Source: Pavona decussata
Taxonomy: Eukaryota
Length of the DNA: 64,000 bases
NCBI GenBank assembly: GCA_977016875.1
Contig: CDRNST010000049.1
Location: 3,596,001 to 3,660,000 of the forward strand
Reading direction: 5' to 3'
Every line of letters starts with the position of its first letter. The first letter of the stretch is position 1. Below the pieces are notes generated by a model. That model was not told where the DNA came from and made no database searches. It saw nothing but the letters and a program-made list of their open reading frames with translations. A program made the position numbers and the translations under genes. Below, one piece after another: positions 11,171-24,799 of this stretch.

Positions 11171-14100
11171 TTACACATTGTTAGAATTGAGAAGCCACAT
11201 TACAAGGGAATTCTCATCATCTAATGCTGTGACCATTGGTTTAGATATATTGTCTAGATGGAAAACCTTCTCTTCTAGCTCTCTATAGCTAGTGTCAATG
11301 TAGAGAAGGCCACTGTCCTTGTCAGGCCTTAAACTGTTGGCATACAAATCAATATTTACAAATTCAATTGTTTCATTTTGATGCTGAAAAGAAACAAAAT
11401 GTTTAATTTGGCCAATCCTTGTAACACAGGGGCCACTCTTAATCACTACAATAGAGGATACTGTTCCACCAGTGTTTGCTGTATGACCCTTCCATTCATC
11501 AAGTTTCCCTGTTGTCTTGTTTTTTCTTCCTGCAGAAAATGATATTCTTATATTTTTCATACAGCTTTCATCAAAATGCAATCCACATTCTTCTTTACAA
11601 AAGGCCAGCTCAGCAGGCGAAAGTTGGTAATCGTTTCCTTTTTGCCTTTGTTTGTTGTCAGAGCCAACCTCTTCATTTACGAGGATATGTGGTTGTTTGT
11701 TGACATCTACAGACACTCTTCCCGAGTACCGCATATATTGGACCCAGTCAAAGATCTATGAAAACAATGATTAAAGTCATTAACATTTCTCATAAATGGT
11801 GAAGGTTTAAGTCTGGATTCGAGCCAAGTGGCTCATCTGGCCATAGCCTATCACTTGGTTTCTAAATATTTGTCATAGAGTCATTCAATTATTAATCCTT
11901 TAAAAATTAATGTACTAGTAATTCAATTATTATTGGGAGCAACTTTACATATAATTATATACTTTGTGATTGGTTTTTGTAATATACAATTTGGCAAACA
12001 ACACACATGCATGCCAAAGCCAGGGTGACAATTTCTACGGTATCATACTAATCGAATGAATAATTTATGGTATCAACGACTAGTTTACTTGCCTTATAGG
12101 TTTCCATTACAGTTGCCTCTGGATGGAGGCGATTCATCACCCTTTGACAGATCCAGCTGTTAAATCTCTCATAGACATACATTGTCCAACTGTGCACTGG
12201 GCCGTGTTGTTGAATCCCTTGCACAATGTGATGCAGAAGGTGGAGACTCATTGTCTGCATAATATGATAGTTCAAAATATTGTGTCATTGTAAAGTCACA
12301 ACTTGGTGAATCGTGGTGTACACATGTACTAATTCATGTTTCCCGATAGGCTCCCGCTCACATTTATATAACGTACCATGTGTTAAAATTCTTTTTAATT
12401 GAAATTATGCCTGGAACAGTGGAATTTAATTGTTTGAATTAGTGCCTATCCCTGCAGATCATCTTCATATGGGTGCATAAATAAAAACAAGATTCACACA
12501 GCATTAAAAAATGGCAAGCCCAAGGTAATATTACATGGATTTGGCCAAAGTCACATATTTCTAGTTACCTTAGCCAATTCAGACCACATGATGATCAGTT
12601 TATTCTCAAGGAACTGAGTGCACAGGAGAATATCTATTATAAACAGAATAGTAATGTATATGTACCATTATTGGATCATATATATGGCATATATATAAAA
12701 ATGAGACACTTACCTGGACAATGATAGGGAAATCTCTCTCAAGCATTGCTAACACCAGGTTTACTTCCATGTCAATGTTAGATAAGTCATCAGCACTGAT
12801 TGAGTCCTGAAATAGCAGTGCAAGTACATCTAGTAACTTAAAGAAACTTTTTCTCTGCTTATCACCCAGGAGACCTCTCAAACAAAACTTCGTGATGCCA
12901 TCAATTGCAATCTGAATAGAAAATTAACATCAGTAATTAGTTTGAAGGCTGCCAACTTAAGCTTAATTGGTATATCTGGTATATAGCACTTAGTAGAGTT
13001 CACCTCTATGTGTGTACGGATCATGAACTGGATCACAGTGAAAAAGGATCGTTTAATTCAAGATGCAATATGATGATACATAGTATAAAAAAGGGACAGG
13101 TTAAACACGATTCCTACTGACCGCCAACAAATGTAATAATGAATTGGTGTCTTAAACTTACTTACATAAACCTACCTGCTTCCAGTCATGGGATTTGATG
13201 TAGGTCTTCTTTAAAAAGAAACATTTAGGTTTCCAACCATATGCAGATGGTACACGAATATTCTTTACTCTTGTGTCTGCAATTTTCATTTCATTTTGAG
13301 AGAGACGAAATGGAGCATTTGGGAGATTTGCAGGTTTCTTCTTAGTTGATTTTGTTTTCTTGCCTTAAAAACGAAATAAAAAAAGTATAAGGTAAGTATA
13401 TTGTGCTTGTTTAAAACTTTACATAAAAGCACAAAATTATATGAAAAAACCTACAGCTTTCTTGCATGCATGCCTTGCAATTGCTTGCAGACTGAGAGCT
13501 TTAATACATTTATCTTCCAGTTGTAATTGTTTCCCTAGCTCTGACCAAGTGATATTAAAGACAATTTTAAAAGTGAGATGTTAGGCTAGTAAAACAAGTT
13601 TCCAATGTATACTAGGCTAATCTCAAATTATGCTCCACTGACCTCAGTCAGAAGAACTAACAAGTCAAGATTCAGGGGAATAACTCTAAATTTCTTTTTT
13701 TATATTTCCTCACTCCTTTGAAATAGGGATCAATGGATCAGAGAATAATTGGGAACTAGTCTATAAACTTTATTTAACCTGTTGCAGCTGGTCCATCATC
13801 ATCTTGCTCGTCCACCCATGAATCTGGAAATCGACCAAGTCCTTTTTCTGTTATCCTTAACTTCTTCGAGTCACCTGATCCAGTGAACAAAATGTGAAAT
13901 TCAGATATCACATTTTTTAGGAGATGCATCATGTCAGGGTAAACCTGTTTGGTGCGGTCAAATTCTGGGAGCAGCATGAAACAATGGCAACCCTTGCTTC
14001 CTGTTGCTTTGGCAACATTGGCAGCTTGTGTGGCATTTTTTGCCTTGCCATGGGCAACACTACTCCACAAAATGTCCATGTTGGTAATCTTCTTGGGTGG

Positions 14101-16283
14101 GGGTTGATTTTCAAGTTTTTGTTCCGGGAAATTGCTGCAGTCTTGCCGTAGAACATGGTCTTCAGGAAGGAACCGCCTATTCTCCAAGTACACCACCTTG
14201 TCAAGACCACCCACATGTTTGCCTATAGAGTAAAAAACAGTTAACTATACCCAAATATTTGGAATACGTGTTATAAAATGATATCTATTACCATGTCCTG
14301 ACGTGTTAACACTTGTGTCATCATTATATGGTTCCAAAACCAGTGGTATACTTTTTACAAACATATTGAATGTACTGCAAATAATGTATCTGAAGAACTT
14401 CATGACAAATTGTGAAATGATCTTAAGGCTGGTGCGTGGCCGAAACTGCAGGGTCCAAATTAAAGTTTAGTAAATAGTCATAAGTATTACTTTTCATTAA
14501 AGCTTGAGCATTAAATAAGTGTTAATCCCCAATACTAAAATAGATGGCCCCAGGCATTGCATTATTTGGGTATATCGACATATGCATGTTGGCTCAACAT
14601 TTACTGTTTGTATGGGAATCTTAAGGCATATAATTTTCTTACAACGTTTCTTATCCCATTCCTGGACATATAAGTCCCCTGAATTATGTCTGAGATAAAG
14701 TTAAGGCTCATTGAAGTATATCACTCTCAATAATTGATTGGAAACACCATTATTTCAAGTGCACCCTTCAGTTTCCTACTTACCATACAATTAAGCTTAC
14801 CTCTGATTTCACACCACATGCACCCCTGCAATGCATTTGCTCCAACAGCACTAAAGAGTTTATTCAGGCCTGGGTAATCCAGTACATAATTTAAGATCTT
14901 AACTTTAAACGTGAAGGGGGCTTTTCTGAAAGCATCGTAAAACTGAGATCCTGACAGCTTCAAAAGCTCATCAACAACCAATTCAAGATAAGGGTCAACT
15001 TTCTTTGGCTCACGCCCATTGTTGCCTGGAATTATCCCCACCAGAAGCATCTTTTCAAACAGTTTTCTGACGCGTTTTGGGAAATTAAGGACAGTTAGCA
15101 TTACGGGCCACATGGAATAGACGACCTTGTTACCACTAAATGGATTAACTCCGTCTGTGGATAGTTGCAGGGCCAAGCCACGAAAATCGCCTTTGAAAAA
15201 TCCAGTTTCGGAATAAACTGACTGCCAATTTTCCGATACGATAACATCCTGCAGCGTTGAACTTTCAGAATCAACACTGTGAGACTGCAAGACTTCAGCG
15301 ATTGTAGCAGTGCCAAACATTCGTCTCCATCGGGGCTCCAGTGGGTAGTAATACAACTTTCGATATGGCTTTCCTTTGCTGATGTACCGAGGTTCTTTAC
15401 ATTCTGGGCAACTTTCCTCATCGGAGTAGTCGTACCAATCAGTTTTGCGAAAAAGTACACAGTCATTGCGGCATGCATGGTAAGTCACGCAGGGCAACAA
15501 GAATGGCTTGATAAAAGAAATGGCTTCATCGTAAGAAGATGGAAGATAATTATCTCGTGGTAAAATTTCATCATGATGCAGTCGTAGGAGATCAGAAAGA
15601 GCGCTTTTGCTTGTTCCAGGGTGTTCAGTAAACCACGAGAAGTAGCCACACAAAGCCCGAAGAACGCTTACTGTACTTCCTTCAAACAATGGCAAATTAG
15701 CTTTATCGCTACAGTACAGTTCTTCTTCGTCTGCAAGTTGTTGTAAATAGTCAGGTAGCTCACGAACACTTTCAGTGTTTGTCGATTCGCTTTCATCGCC
15801 AGAAGAACCAAAAGGCGGAAAGCTATAATCACTATTCTCTGATGAAGGCGAGGCCGTTGATTCCGTAGTCGCGCTTGGAGGTGAACAGTCACTGGGATCA
15901 TCGTCACATGCAATACCAGCAGAGAGACTTCTCCTGGAAACGCTAGATTCAGATGAAGAAGTTTCGTCTAGCGATGAGAGTTTGGTTTCTTTAAGTGGTG
16001 GTTCTTTAATCTGAGAACTGCTACATGGCATAGAATGAGAACCTTCTTGTATCGTTGCATTGTTCTCGGAACTGTTTTCTTGCATGTCTCTCTCCTCGTT
16101 TCCTTCAGAGGACACGGATTCGTCTGCAAGTCCAAAACGCTCAATATGTTTGTTAACATCGCTCTCACTCAGTTGCACACGATTTACGCATAGCGAACAA
16201 GGACACAACATTAACGATTCCTGTCTGTGTTTTTGTTGGGATTCGCGCATTTTTCTCTTCCTATGTAGCTTCGAGAAAGGCAT
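11171..16283 (-). CDS. CACTA/EnSpm transposase (Tnp2/TnpD-like), 6 exons, ~1019 aa, open frame
   Basis: Exons 16283-14801, 14222-13779, 13363-13176, 12911-12714, 12254-12093 and 11755-11171 splice in phase (3060 nt). Motifs CPCSLC, HACRNDC, CPEC, LSTDGVNPF, SMWPV, LDYPG, GCMWC, DMMHLLKN, KSHDW, HLLHH, MYVYERFN. Confidence 0.9.
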
Positions 16284-17112
16284 TCTGTGAAATTAAGTTC
16301 CACGTCATACAACGAAAAATGTATCCACAAATACTTAGTGCCAAATTTACAACGAACAGCATCGCAAAACACAACACCATGCTTTGAATGCTTTGAATTT
16401 TCTCACGAAAGCAGTTTCCAGTGTTTCTTCGTGATTATGCCACTGCTGCTGTACTATATCTGTCATCAGTAATGTGATGAGTTTGTATCTTAAATTTTGT
16501 ACTGCTTGCACGCAATCACACGAAAATGGAGAAATAATCAATTTAGACAATTTCAATGCAGGACAATGTATCTTTCTCGAGTGGAAAAGCAGTACTTAAA
16601 AAAAAACTGAGGAAGGCTATTTTTCAACAGCATTTACACCGACTTCCTTTAGAAGTACCCAGACCCTTTTACCTGAAACGTCTTACCGCTGTTCACGCAC
16701 GTCTTATTCTAAGATATCAAGCTAGCCATGGATCACGCACACTCCCGACTTTTATGTCATCATAAAACGAGCCCATGTTCTCTGTTCTAATAGAACTAAT
16801 AATGTCAACAGCTCGGTTTCTCGGCTTTATTTTGAATGTTAGTCAGAAAAAACATTTTAGGCAAACAAATGTGTCAGTATTGGAACCCCTATTTTTTTAA
16901 GAGCCCAACAATTGTCACAATTCTGTGCCACATGATCCCTGATCTATTTCTAGAACTGGATTACTATTGGTCACATTTCACCTTAGCGTGACCTGCGGTA
17001 AATTCAAGTTCTTTTCTTCAGCACTGAGATCTCTTTGACTTATCAGCATTCAGTGCAGAGTTGTTCGGCTGTGTTCTCAGTTCTGTTGCCCTTAACCAAC
17101 TCTTTTGGTAAA

Positions 17113-20100
17113 ATGGAAAACCTTAACTTTAGTCCTGATCAGCTAAAAGAAATCTTATCACTTTTCGCAAGTGGAAAGCTTCAACGGGTTTTTGAAGAGG
17201 CTTCCAGCTCCATGGGGTTGCACTCCAACGTTCTTCTTACTTCAAATGGCATTGCTCGCAATAATCCGAAGGAAGATGTCGAAGATCAAGTTAGTGAGGA
17301 TAAAACTGGGATGGCGAACCTTCCCCGGAACTGGGCGAAAGGGAATCGGACGGGAAACAAATTTTTTTGGAGTTGAAGGAAACAGCCCAGAAGTACACAG
17401 CACGAGAATTACTGGAGAAAGCAAACAAGGGGACGAAAGCTACTTCGGCTCAGCAAACCTTTAGGGTGAGTAAATTGTTCCCTTGAACTTTTTATAAAGC
17501 CGTTCTCCATGTACATATTGAAAAAAGAACTGTGAATTCCCCTTGAATTTGCAACAGAACAATTGTTGCATAATTAATAAGAGCGGGAAAATTCCCACCT
17601 ATTTTAACTGCATAATAATTAGGGACGTCACTTCGTAGTCTTCTCGTGAAGAAATCAGTAAAGAAATGTTCCACCTCAATCCCAAAAAATGACTTTATTT
17701 TCCTTTTCTTGGTCGTGCAGTTTGTTTTACGCCGAGCAGCTAACAACAGTGGGCTGTGGGAAAATCCCCCAACCATGGCAAAAATTGGAGGCAAAAAGAT
17801 GGAGCGCTTTCTGAACCAGGCAAGTGACTTGCTGACTTATTCATGCTACCAGGGTAACCCTGTAAGTGCAACGTACGCGAAAGCGCGAATATTAGGTGGC
17901 CTTTGTACAAAACTTCATAACTATGACTTCCTTCAGCCACGGAGCCTTTTCACAGGCTACTAATTTTACCATTTTGTTTTACGTAATGGGCAGTGATTGG
18001 GGGATTATGACACTGTGTGAAGGTAAAATACCGCTATGTTTTTGTGTTACACCAATACAAATCCCGGCCTGATTTTTTTTTTCTTCAGGTTACTCAAACA
18101 CTTCCGCAGTTATGTGGGCAATCTCGAGAAATCAGAAATAGGCTCGCCGAAAGCCTTCGTTACAGGAGAAACCAGCTAAATAACACCAAATATTGGGCAC
18201 GGGCATCAAAGGTACTATATTTTATTTGTTTCAGCAAGCATTTCTATTTAAAGTTTATCTGCTGATTTACGAACTAAGCCTCTGACCTCAATCCCTTGAT
18301 CTTTTACAGTTGACATCACATATGGTAAGCTTTCAGAGTTTTATATAAGACTTAACATAATAAGCCGATCGAAAGTCGTTCACAAAGTAAACAAAAAAAA
18401 ATGATTTGAAGAATTTAGCGTAATGATAATTTTCCATTCCAAACCAAAAACAAAACAGCAGTCACAAGTGCCATTCAAGTTAAACCTTTAGAGCAACACT
18501 ATATAGTAAACTGAAGAGAAAAGAAAAATACCTGAATAATTAGTAGGATGTTGTCGATTGCAGCTGTATTCGATTACGCAAAGGAAAACGGTAATTTATT
18601 TAACTTATAGCAGTCAACAGAAAAATCAACTTACGAGAGAAACGAGTTTCAAAAAATTATCGTGAAACTAGAATTTGATACTTCCTTTGCTGTTCATATT
18701 GTGACGGGTACGCTATTCCTTCTAGTTACGATTGTCCCAGAACCAAAAATTTGCTCCTGTACGAGAATCCTCCGTTGGTTTATAGGTCATGTAATACAAC
18801 ACGATCTATCAAAATTGATTTATATTTGTTTCCGGGTCCTGGGTAAATATTTATAATGTAATTGAACCCAGAAAAACTCCACTTGAAGAAGACTTTTAAT
18901 CGAATGATTTTTCTTAATGTTTTATAAAGCTAAAGAAGTATCAGTCCATTGCCACAAAGCATGTTACCAAGTCACCACAAAAGTCAAAGAGTTACTCAAC
19001 AACAGAAGTGGTAGAGAAGGCACTTCATGAACAGATTATTTCAGATGAAGAGGATGAAGGCTTTCAATTCTCTGCAGGGTAATATGACATCCTTTGCATT
19101 TCAGATTTGATATTTTGACCATAAGCTGTTTAGTATCAGTGACAAACAACAATTTATTATAAGTAAAGCTGGAATCCATTCAGCACATTAATGCTTGTTA
19201 ATTTGTTATAACTTCAGTATATAAATGGGGATAGATTTGAATACTTTGTTTTTTTTATATAGTTCCATATAAGTAACCCATGAGTTAATGCAACAAACAA
19301 AAGGTCGAGTCCATTTTACTTACAAGTTTATTATTTGACTTCCACCTCTTTTATCAATGACTAGACAAGAACTCTTTGCGATGGAAGGAGCTGAACGCCT
19401 GGCAAGAGTGACATTTGTGAGACAGTCCTCAAAAAATGGTATGGGTAAATTCTGTTTCATAATACATGTACATGTAATTATTTTGTTATTTTGATTCTTC
19501 TCTCTTTCTTTTTTTATTTTTATTTTTTGGCAATTGGGTTCCTGTTGCAGTTAAAATTATGGCTATCCCACCAGGATCCAAGTGGCCATTTCACAAGGGC
19601 ATTCTTTGTGATTAGTAAACAAGGAAATTAATGTTAAATGAAGTTGTGATGATCTGAAAAGAAACAGCTGAGATTACAAATGTTAAGTTGTTGGTAGTAT
19701 ATATTAATAACTGTGCGACCTTGATATTGGTAACTTATATACATTGCCATTCATACCAGCTCTTGTGTTTCAGATGAATATGCCCTTGCTGTAATGCAGA
19801 GCAACTACATTAACAGCACCAGGATGGTAAAACTAAAGGGTCCTAACAAGCAGGAATTTCTCCATGAAATTCAGGTACGTACCCGTTTCAGCTTCGCGAA
19901 ACGTGCACAGTTGACTCTGGGAATAATACATATTGAGGGACAGAATGATAAACTTTAATTAGTGTAAGTTTTGAAGAAATGGAGATTATTAATTGATATT
20001 TCTTGTCAATGTTTACAGAATGGGGCAAAGTTCTACTGGCATATGAACCAATTAGTTCCTCCTGTGGCTAGCAAGCTGAAGGAAAAATCAAAGGACTCCC

Positions 20101-22020
20101 CAATGCCACCTACAAAGAGAGTAAAACAGTCTACAGTAAATGGACCCCCCAAAAAGAAATTGAAGGTATATAGTAAGCTTACCTACATGTAAGTGGAAGA
20201 TCTATAAGCAGATCTTTGCTGACGTAAATTGGTTAAATTTTGCCTCATTAGCATACAACTTTGTTCCTAGAAGGCATCATGCTATATATCAGTGGACTAA
20301 TAATCAGCAAAAGTTTTATCTCTTTGCGGACAAAACTGCAAGATTTCTGGGTGGCAAAAGGGCTAATGCACCCATACATTCTTTGTAAAATTTTGAGTTT
20401 TCAAACCCAAGTCACGGAAAAAGTAATGATTGAACATATCGAGCTCAAATTTATAGCGAAAGTTATAATTATTTGTGTCTAATTCTTTCAAAATTCAGAA
20501 CTAGTATATCTGTAGCTCTATAATAGAAACTGAATAGCTCTATTAGAAACTGTTGTCTGAAATTTATATTGGGAGTGGGGGTGAATCACAGATATTCTGC
20601 AGTAAAAAAGTTACCAACTATATAGCTAGAATAAAATAATCTATTATGACCTTTTCCTTCTAAAAATACTTAATGTCATGAAAGCACTAAAACGCGTGGC
20701 TAGAGAATCGAAAACGTAAAGAAGATCCAGATGAACTTTACTTTTTTTTTTTCTTGTTTGGCCATAATATAATAAAAATTTTATTAACTGAGGTTAATTA
20801 GTTGGTATGTATGCGATAATCTTGAAATTGCATGCTCATGAGTGTAAGACCTCACTGTTTTCCATCCATATTGCATACTCACACCCTGAGTCAAGATTCT
20901 CCCATGCAGACTTCACTACGCTCTGTTAATAAGAGCTTAAATTAAAGGTAAATGTACTCCATATTTTCCCAGATTTTAGTTTGGCCTAAGTGCATACTGA
21001 TTGTTTAAAATTTAGGTTTGTTCTTGATCAATTGCAATTTACATTCCATCTTTTTTTTTTCAGGTCAGCAAGCAAGTAAAAAAGAGAGTTGAAGGTAACC
21101 AAAGCAAAAAACTTTGTTAAAATCAGAATTATTAAAGGATATCTAGTGTATCCAATTGCATGCATGTTTGCGCAGGAAAGGAAGAAAAAATATTTCTCAC
21201 TTTTTAAACAGCCAAAGCAACTGAAAATTTGTTCACATGTTATTTTTATTTCTGCTGTTTTCAATTAGCCTATATATCAAATGCTTTTTCAGAATCATCT
21301 TTTATTGTTGATGCTACTACTTCTGAGAACTCAAGTCATGATCAGCTAGATGACTCTGGCATTGGCAATGGACTTGAGGTGGCTGCTGACTCCGGACCCT
21401 TACCTACTGAAGTGTGAGACAACTCGCCACCTTGCCCCATCAAGGTAAGAAGTATATTATTAAAGTATATTAAAGTATAAAAGTATATCATAGATAAATA
21501 TAACTATATCAGTGACCATGCGGATAACTTACCAACCTGGCCACACACACTACCACCCCCAATTGGGCCTTTTAGAAGCAATGAAAATTAACATAATTAA
21601 CAATGCAACAGTACAGTCATTTGTAAAGTTTGCTTCAGTGATAATGAAGAAACATTAAAGAATACTGTAGACAATTCCATTTTATTAAGCAAGATCTAAC
21701 GCATGTACTGTACTGTTGACTTGCAGGCACATGATAAGGAAAACCTATATGTGGGCCGCTGGGTGGCTGTGGCGTATGACATCGGTTTTTTTGTGGGAAA
21801 AGTGACAACTATTGAAAATGAAGAACGGGTAACAATAAACTTCTTGATGAAATATAAGGACAGTTTTAAGTGGCCGAAGAGGAAGGACACTGCCACTGTG
21901 AATGCCAAGTATATTTATTACTCTTGCCCACGCATTCAACAAGTGGGTAACATTTTTATCATATATAATGAAGATTACGTGCAAACTCTATATGAAAATT
22001 ACAAAAAAAAGTACATGTGA
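17113..22020 (+). pseudogene. CACTA accessory (TnpA-position) gene, 10 exons, ~507 aa, with a C-terminal Tudor/SH3-like domain; two lesions
   Basis: Phase-consistent exons 17113-17465, 17721-17819, 18089-18211, 18930-19078, 19365-19438, 19774-19874, 20019-20165, 21064-21094, 21293-21444 and 21727-22020. One base is missing in exon 1, and there is an in-frame TGA at 21415-21417. NLS-like PPKKKLK; last exon VGRWVAVAYDIGFFVGKV...FKWPKRKD. Confidence 0.7.
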
Positions 22021-23059
22021 TTGAATTTTTCATTTTATATTTTATTTCTTGCTATGAGTAATTTTCACTAAGTGTTGAAAGTATTATTAATTTGTCAATT
22101 ACTTTCGTTTCTTTTTGCTACACTTAAAGTTAATGATTGACCTTAATTAAAAACTTGCATAAATCTTATGCAAGTTTTCACATTTTTCATGTCAGCTACG
22201 TATACGTACAGTAGTCAGAGTGTTGCTAATTATTTCAGTTTTGATTGGACCAATTGACTGTTTTGTGTTCCTTGTGATTGACCAGAGGCAGAATAATTAC
22301 TTCGGTTGCACTGAACTGAAAATTGCTTCAGCGTTTAGGTATACAACCAACATATGATTATATGACTAACTATTATATTTCAGTGAGATTTTTTCCACTG
22401 AAATTTTAAAGTACCATTATACTTTTACAATTATTTTCACCGCAGGTGTAAATTAAAATTGTGCTGTCAGTGAGACCATTATTACTAAATACGGTCATGG
22501 TTATGGAGATTTTATACTAATTATACTGTAGTCATCACTTGCATGCTGGAAAAGTGACACATGTGAACAGGTGTACAGGATGTAACTTATAGAATAGTGT
22601 TTAATAGGTTGTCCTTGGCTGATACAATTCTAGTCATCATCGGTGTGTTACGTTATATATATACATCTAAATTTGAAGGTTAGTAACTTTAAGATTCCAT
22701 TTACTTTATATATAGAGATATAAATTAAATTTGTATAAGAATTGTACTATTCATTGAATTCATTGTATAAGAATTGTACTGTTCATCAAATTGCATTACG
22801 TATGCAAATATATTGTAATAATTATATTGCTTGTGAAATTTATTCCCATCTACTCATTGTGCACAGTTGCGCATGAGATCATATAACACAAAGTGCAAAC
22901 TAAAAATTAAAACGGTACTGCATGTACATGTTATGTCTATCAAAAAGTGTAATATTGCATGTGAACTCTAAATGTAATGCCACCATGCAGGTGAAATTAT
23001 GTTTGTTAAGTAGCATGGGAAAGATATAATAGTTATATTGCCTTTATTTGATTAAAAAA

Positions 23060-23470
23060 TGTGTGAAACCTCTTGTGAAATGCTGGTGGCATGGTGGTGA
23101 AGGAGGGTGAAAATGTGTAGTTTCAATGTGTAAACGGCTTTAAAATGCAGGTGAAAAAAGTGTGAAACAGCATGTGAACTTGTCTGCTTCAAATTGAATT
23201 TGCAAGAAACTTCATGTGAAATGAAGGTGAAAATGCATGTGAATTGAAGGGGTGAAAATTCAAGTGAAAATGCATGTGAAATTCCATCAAGATTGACTTA
23301 GAATAAACATGTGAAACTCCATGTGAAATGCTGGTGAAAATGTGTGTGAAAGGGTTGACATCGTTTCACACATGTGAAAAATGCATGTGAAATACATGTG
23401 AAAAACAAGTGAAAAGTGTGTGAAAACAGGGTGGTTTTCACACATTTTTTCACAGGGTATTTCACATACA
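23060..23470. repeat. Right subterminal repeat field of the CACTA element
   Basis: Many (CA)TGTGAA / GGTGAAA copies next to the right TIR. Confidence 0.85.
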
Positions 23471-23484
23471 TACCACTGGTAGTG

Positions 23485-24790
23485 AAACTGTTCATGTTGC
23501 TCTTGTTGTGCCCAATATGTCTTGGCCATTCTTGTTCGGTGAAAATAACTTAGCAGCTACTCACGCCTTCTCTGACCACAGAGAAAAAACTGTGACATTC
23601 TGTCACCCTGCTATGAATTTTACTATTTCATGTGATAAAGAACCAGTCTTACAGTAACCCAATGCTCTAGTTCCTGCCTTCTTATTGGAAAACCAAATGG
23701 TCACGCTGCACCCACCAAGACCACTGTTTACCGCGGTCTAAACCTACTCACCGTTTACCTCACTTTAAGTGCAGCATCCATCAGGTTGCTTGGAAACGAC
23801 TTACGGCTAACTGGTCATGAACTGGAACTGAGTGCATCCCCAGTATGAACTGTCATGGACTTCCCGTCCGACACAGGCACCTCTGATTTTCAGCAACTCA
23901 GAGCTATGTTCTTGTGCAGTGTACAAAGAAGAGCGCTCATGTTGATCATTCCACCTTTGGTTACCTGTCACCTTGTGCTGCTCAAAGTAAAGCTGAATTC
24001 CAGGATGCACTACACCAGCACAGCTGACATCATTTCTTCATCACCCGATGCCTATGACTCGCTCTTCTGTCAGTCTCCTGTCGATGCCTCTCTTCTCATG
24101 AAGACCCCTTCACCTATCAGGTTTAGTAAAAGAGACCCAGTACAACCACACTGCCCTAAGCAGGCCAATCAGGAAATGCTTACAGCCGGTCTTGTTCAAA
24201 GCTCCTGTTTACTCCATCCCTTCAATCATCCTGATAACATGGATGATCGAGACCTACCTCCTCTGTCTGTTGTCGAACTCGATCCATTTTCAGAAGAATA
24301 CCATCAGAAACTGCGAAATGAACTGTGCCTAGAAACTGATGAATGCAGTGACGTGCACCCTGCAGTCCTCAATCCATTGCACTGAGCACCACATAAACAC
24401 TGGTAATGCACCGTCTTGCTACAAGCCACTATACAGGATGTCACTGTCAGAACTTAAAGCCGTGTACGATCAAATCAATGCACTGCTAAAACAGGACATT
24501 ATTCAACCCTCCAAGTTTCCTTGGGGTGCTCCAGCAGTTCTTGTACATCGTAAGGACTTACACGGAAAACCCTAGCCTCCTCGCTTTGCGGTCAATTATC
24601 ATGCACTTAACTCAGTCACCAAGAGTGATGCATTTCCACTTCCTCAAGTGATAGACATCCTTAACTGGTTTGGTGGTGGCATATCAATTGCAAAATTGGA
24701 CCTCGCTAATGGTTATTGGGAGGTTCCCGTCCGAGAGGAAGACCGTGAAAAAACAGCCATAGTCACCCACTGTGGATTGTTTGAGTTTGT
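23485..24790 (+). pseudogene. pol: Gypsy pol continuation (protease C-terminus and RT N-terminal half), truncated
   Basis: The frame resumes across the CACTA insertion (LPNKE-TVHVALVVPNMSWPFLFGENNL). RT motifs EHHINTG, SKFPWGAPAVLV, RFAVNYHALN, DAFPLP, KLDLANGYWEVP, DREKTA, GLFEF. It ends before YxDD. Confidence 0.85.
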
Positions 24791-24799
24791 CTCCAGGGA

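Larger units (their letters stand above)
10492..23484 (-). mobile_element. Full-length CACTA/EnSpm (CMC) DNA transposon, ~13 kb
   Basis: TIRs CACTACCAG(G/T)GGTATGT(G/A)TGTGAAA at both ends; AAA TSD (10489-10491 and 23485-23487); dense CATGTGAA subterminal repeats; Tnp2-family transposase inside. Confidence 0.95.
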
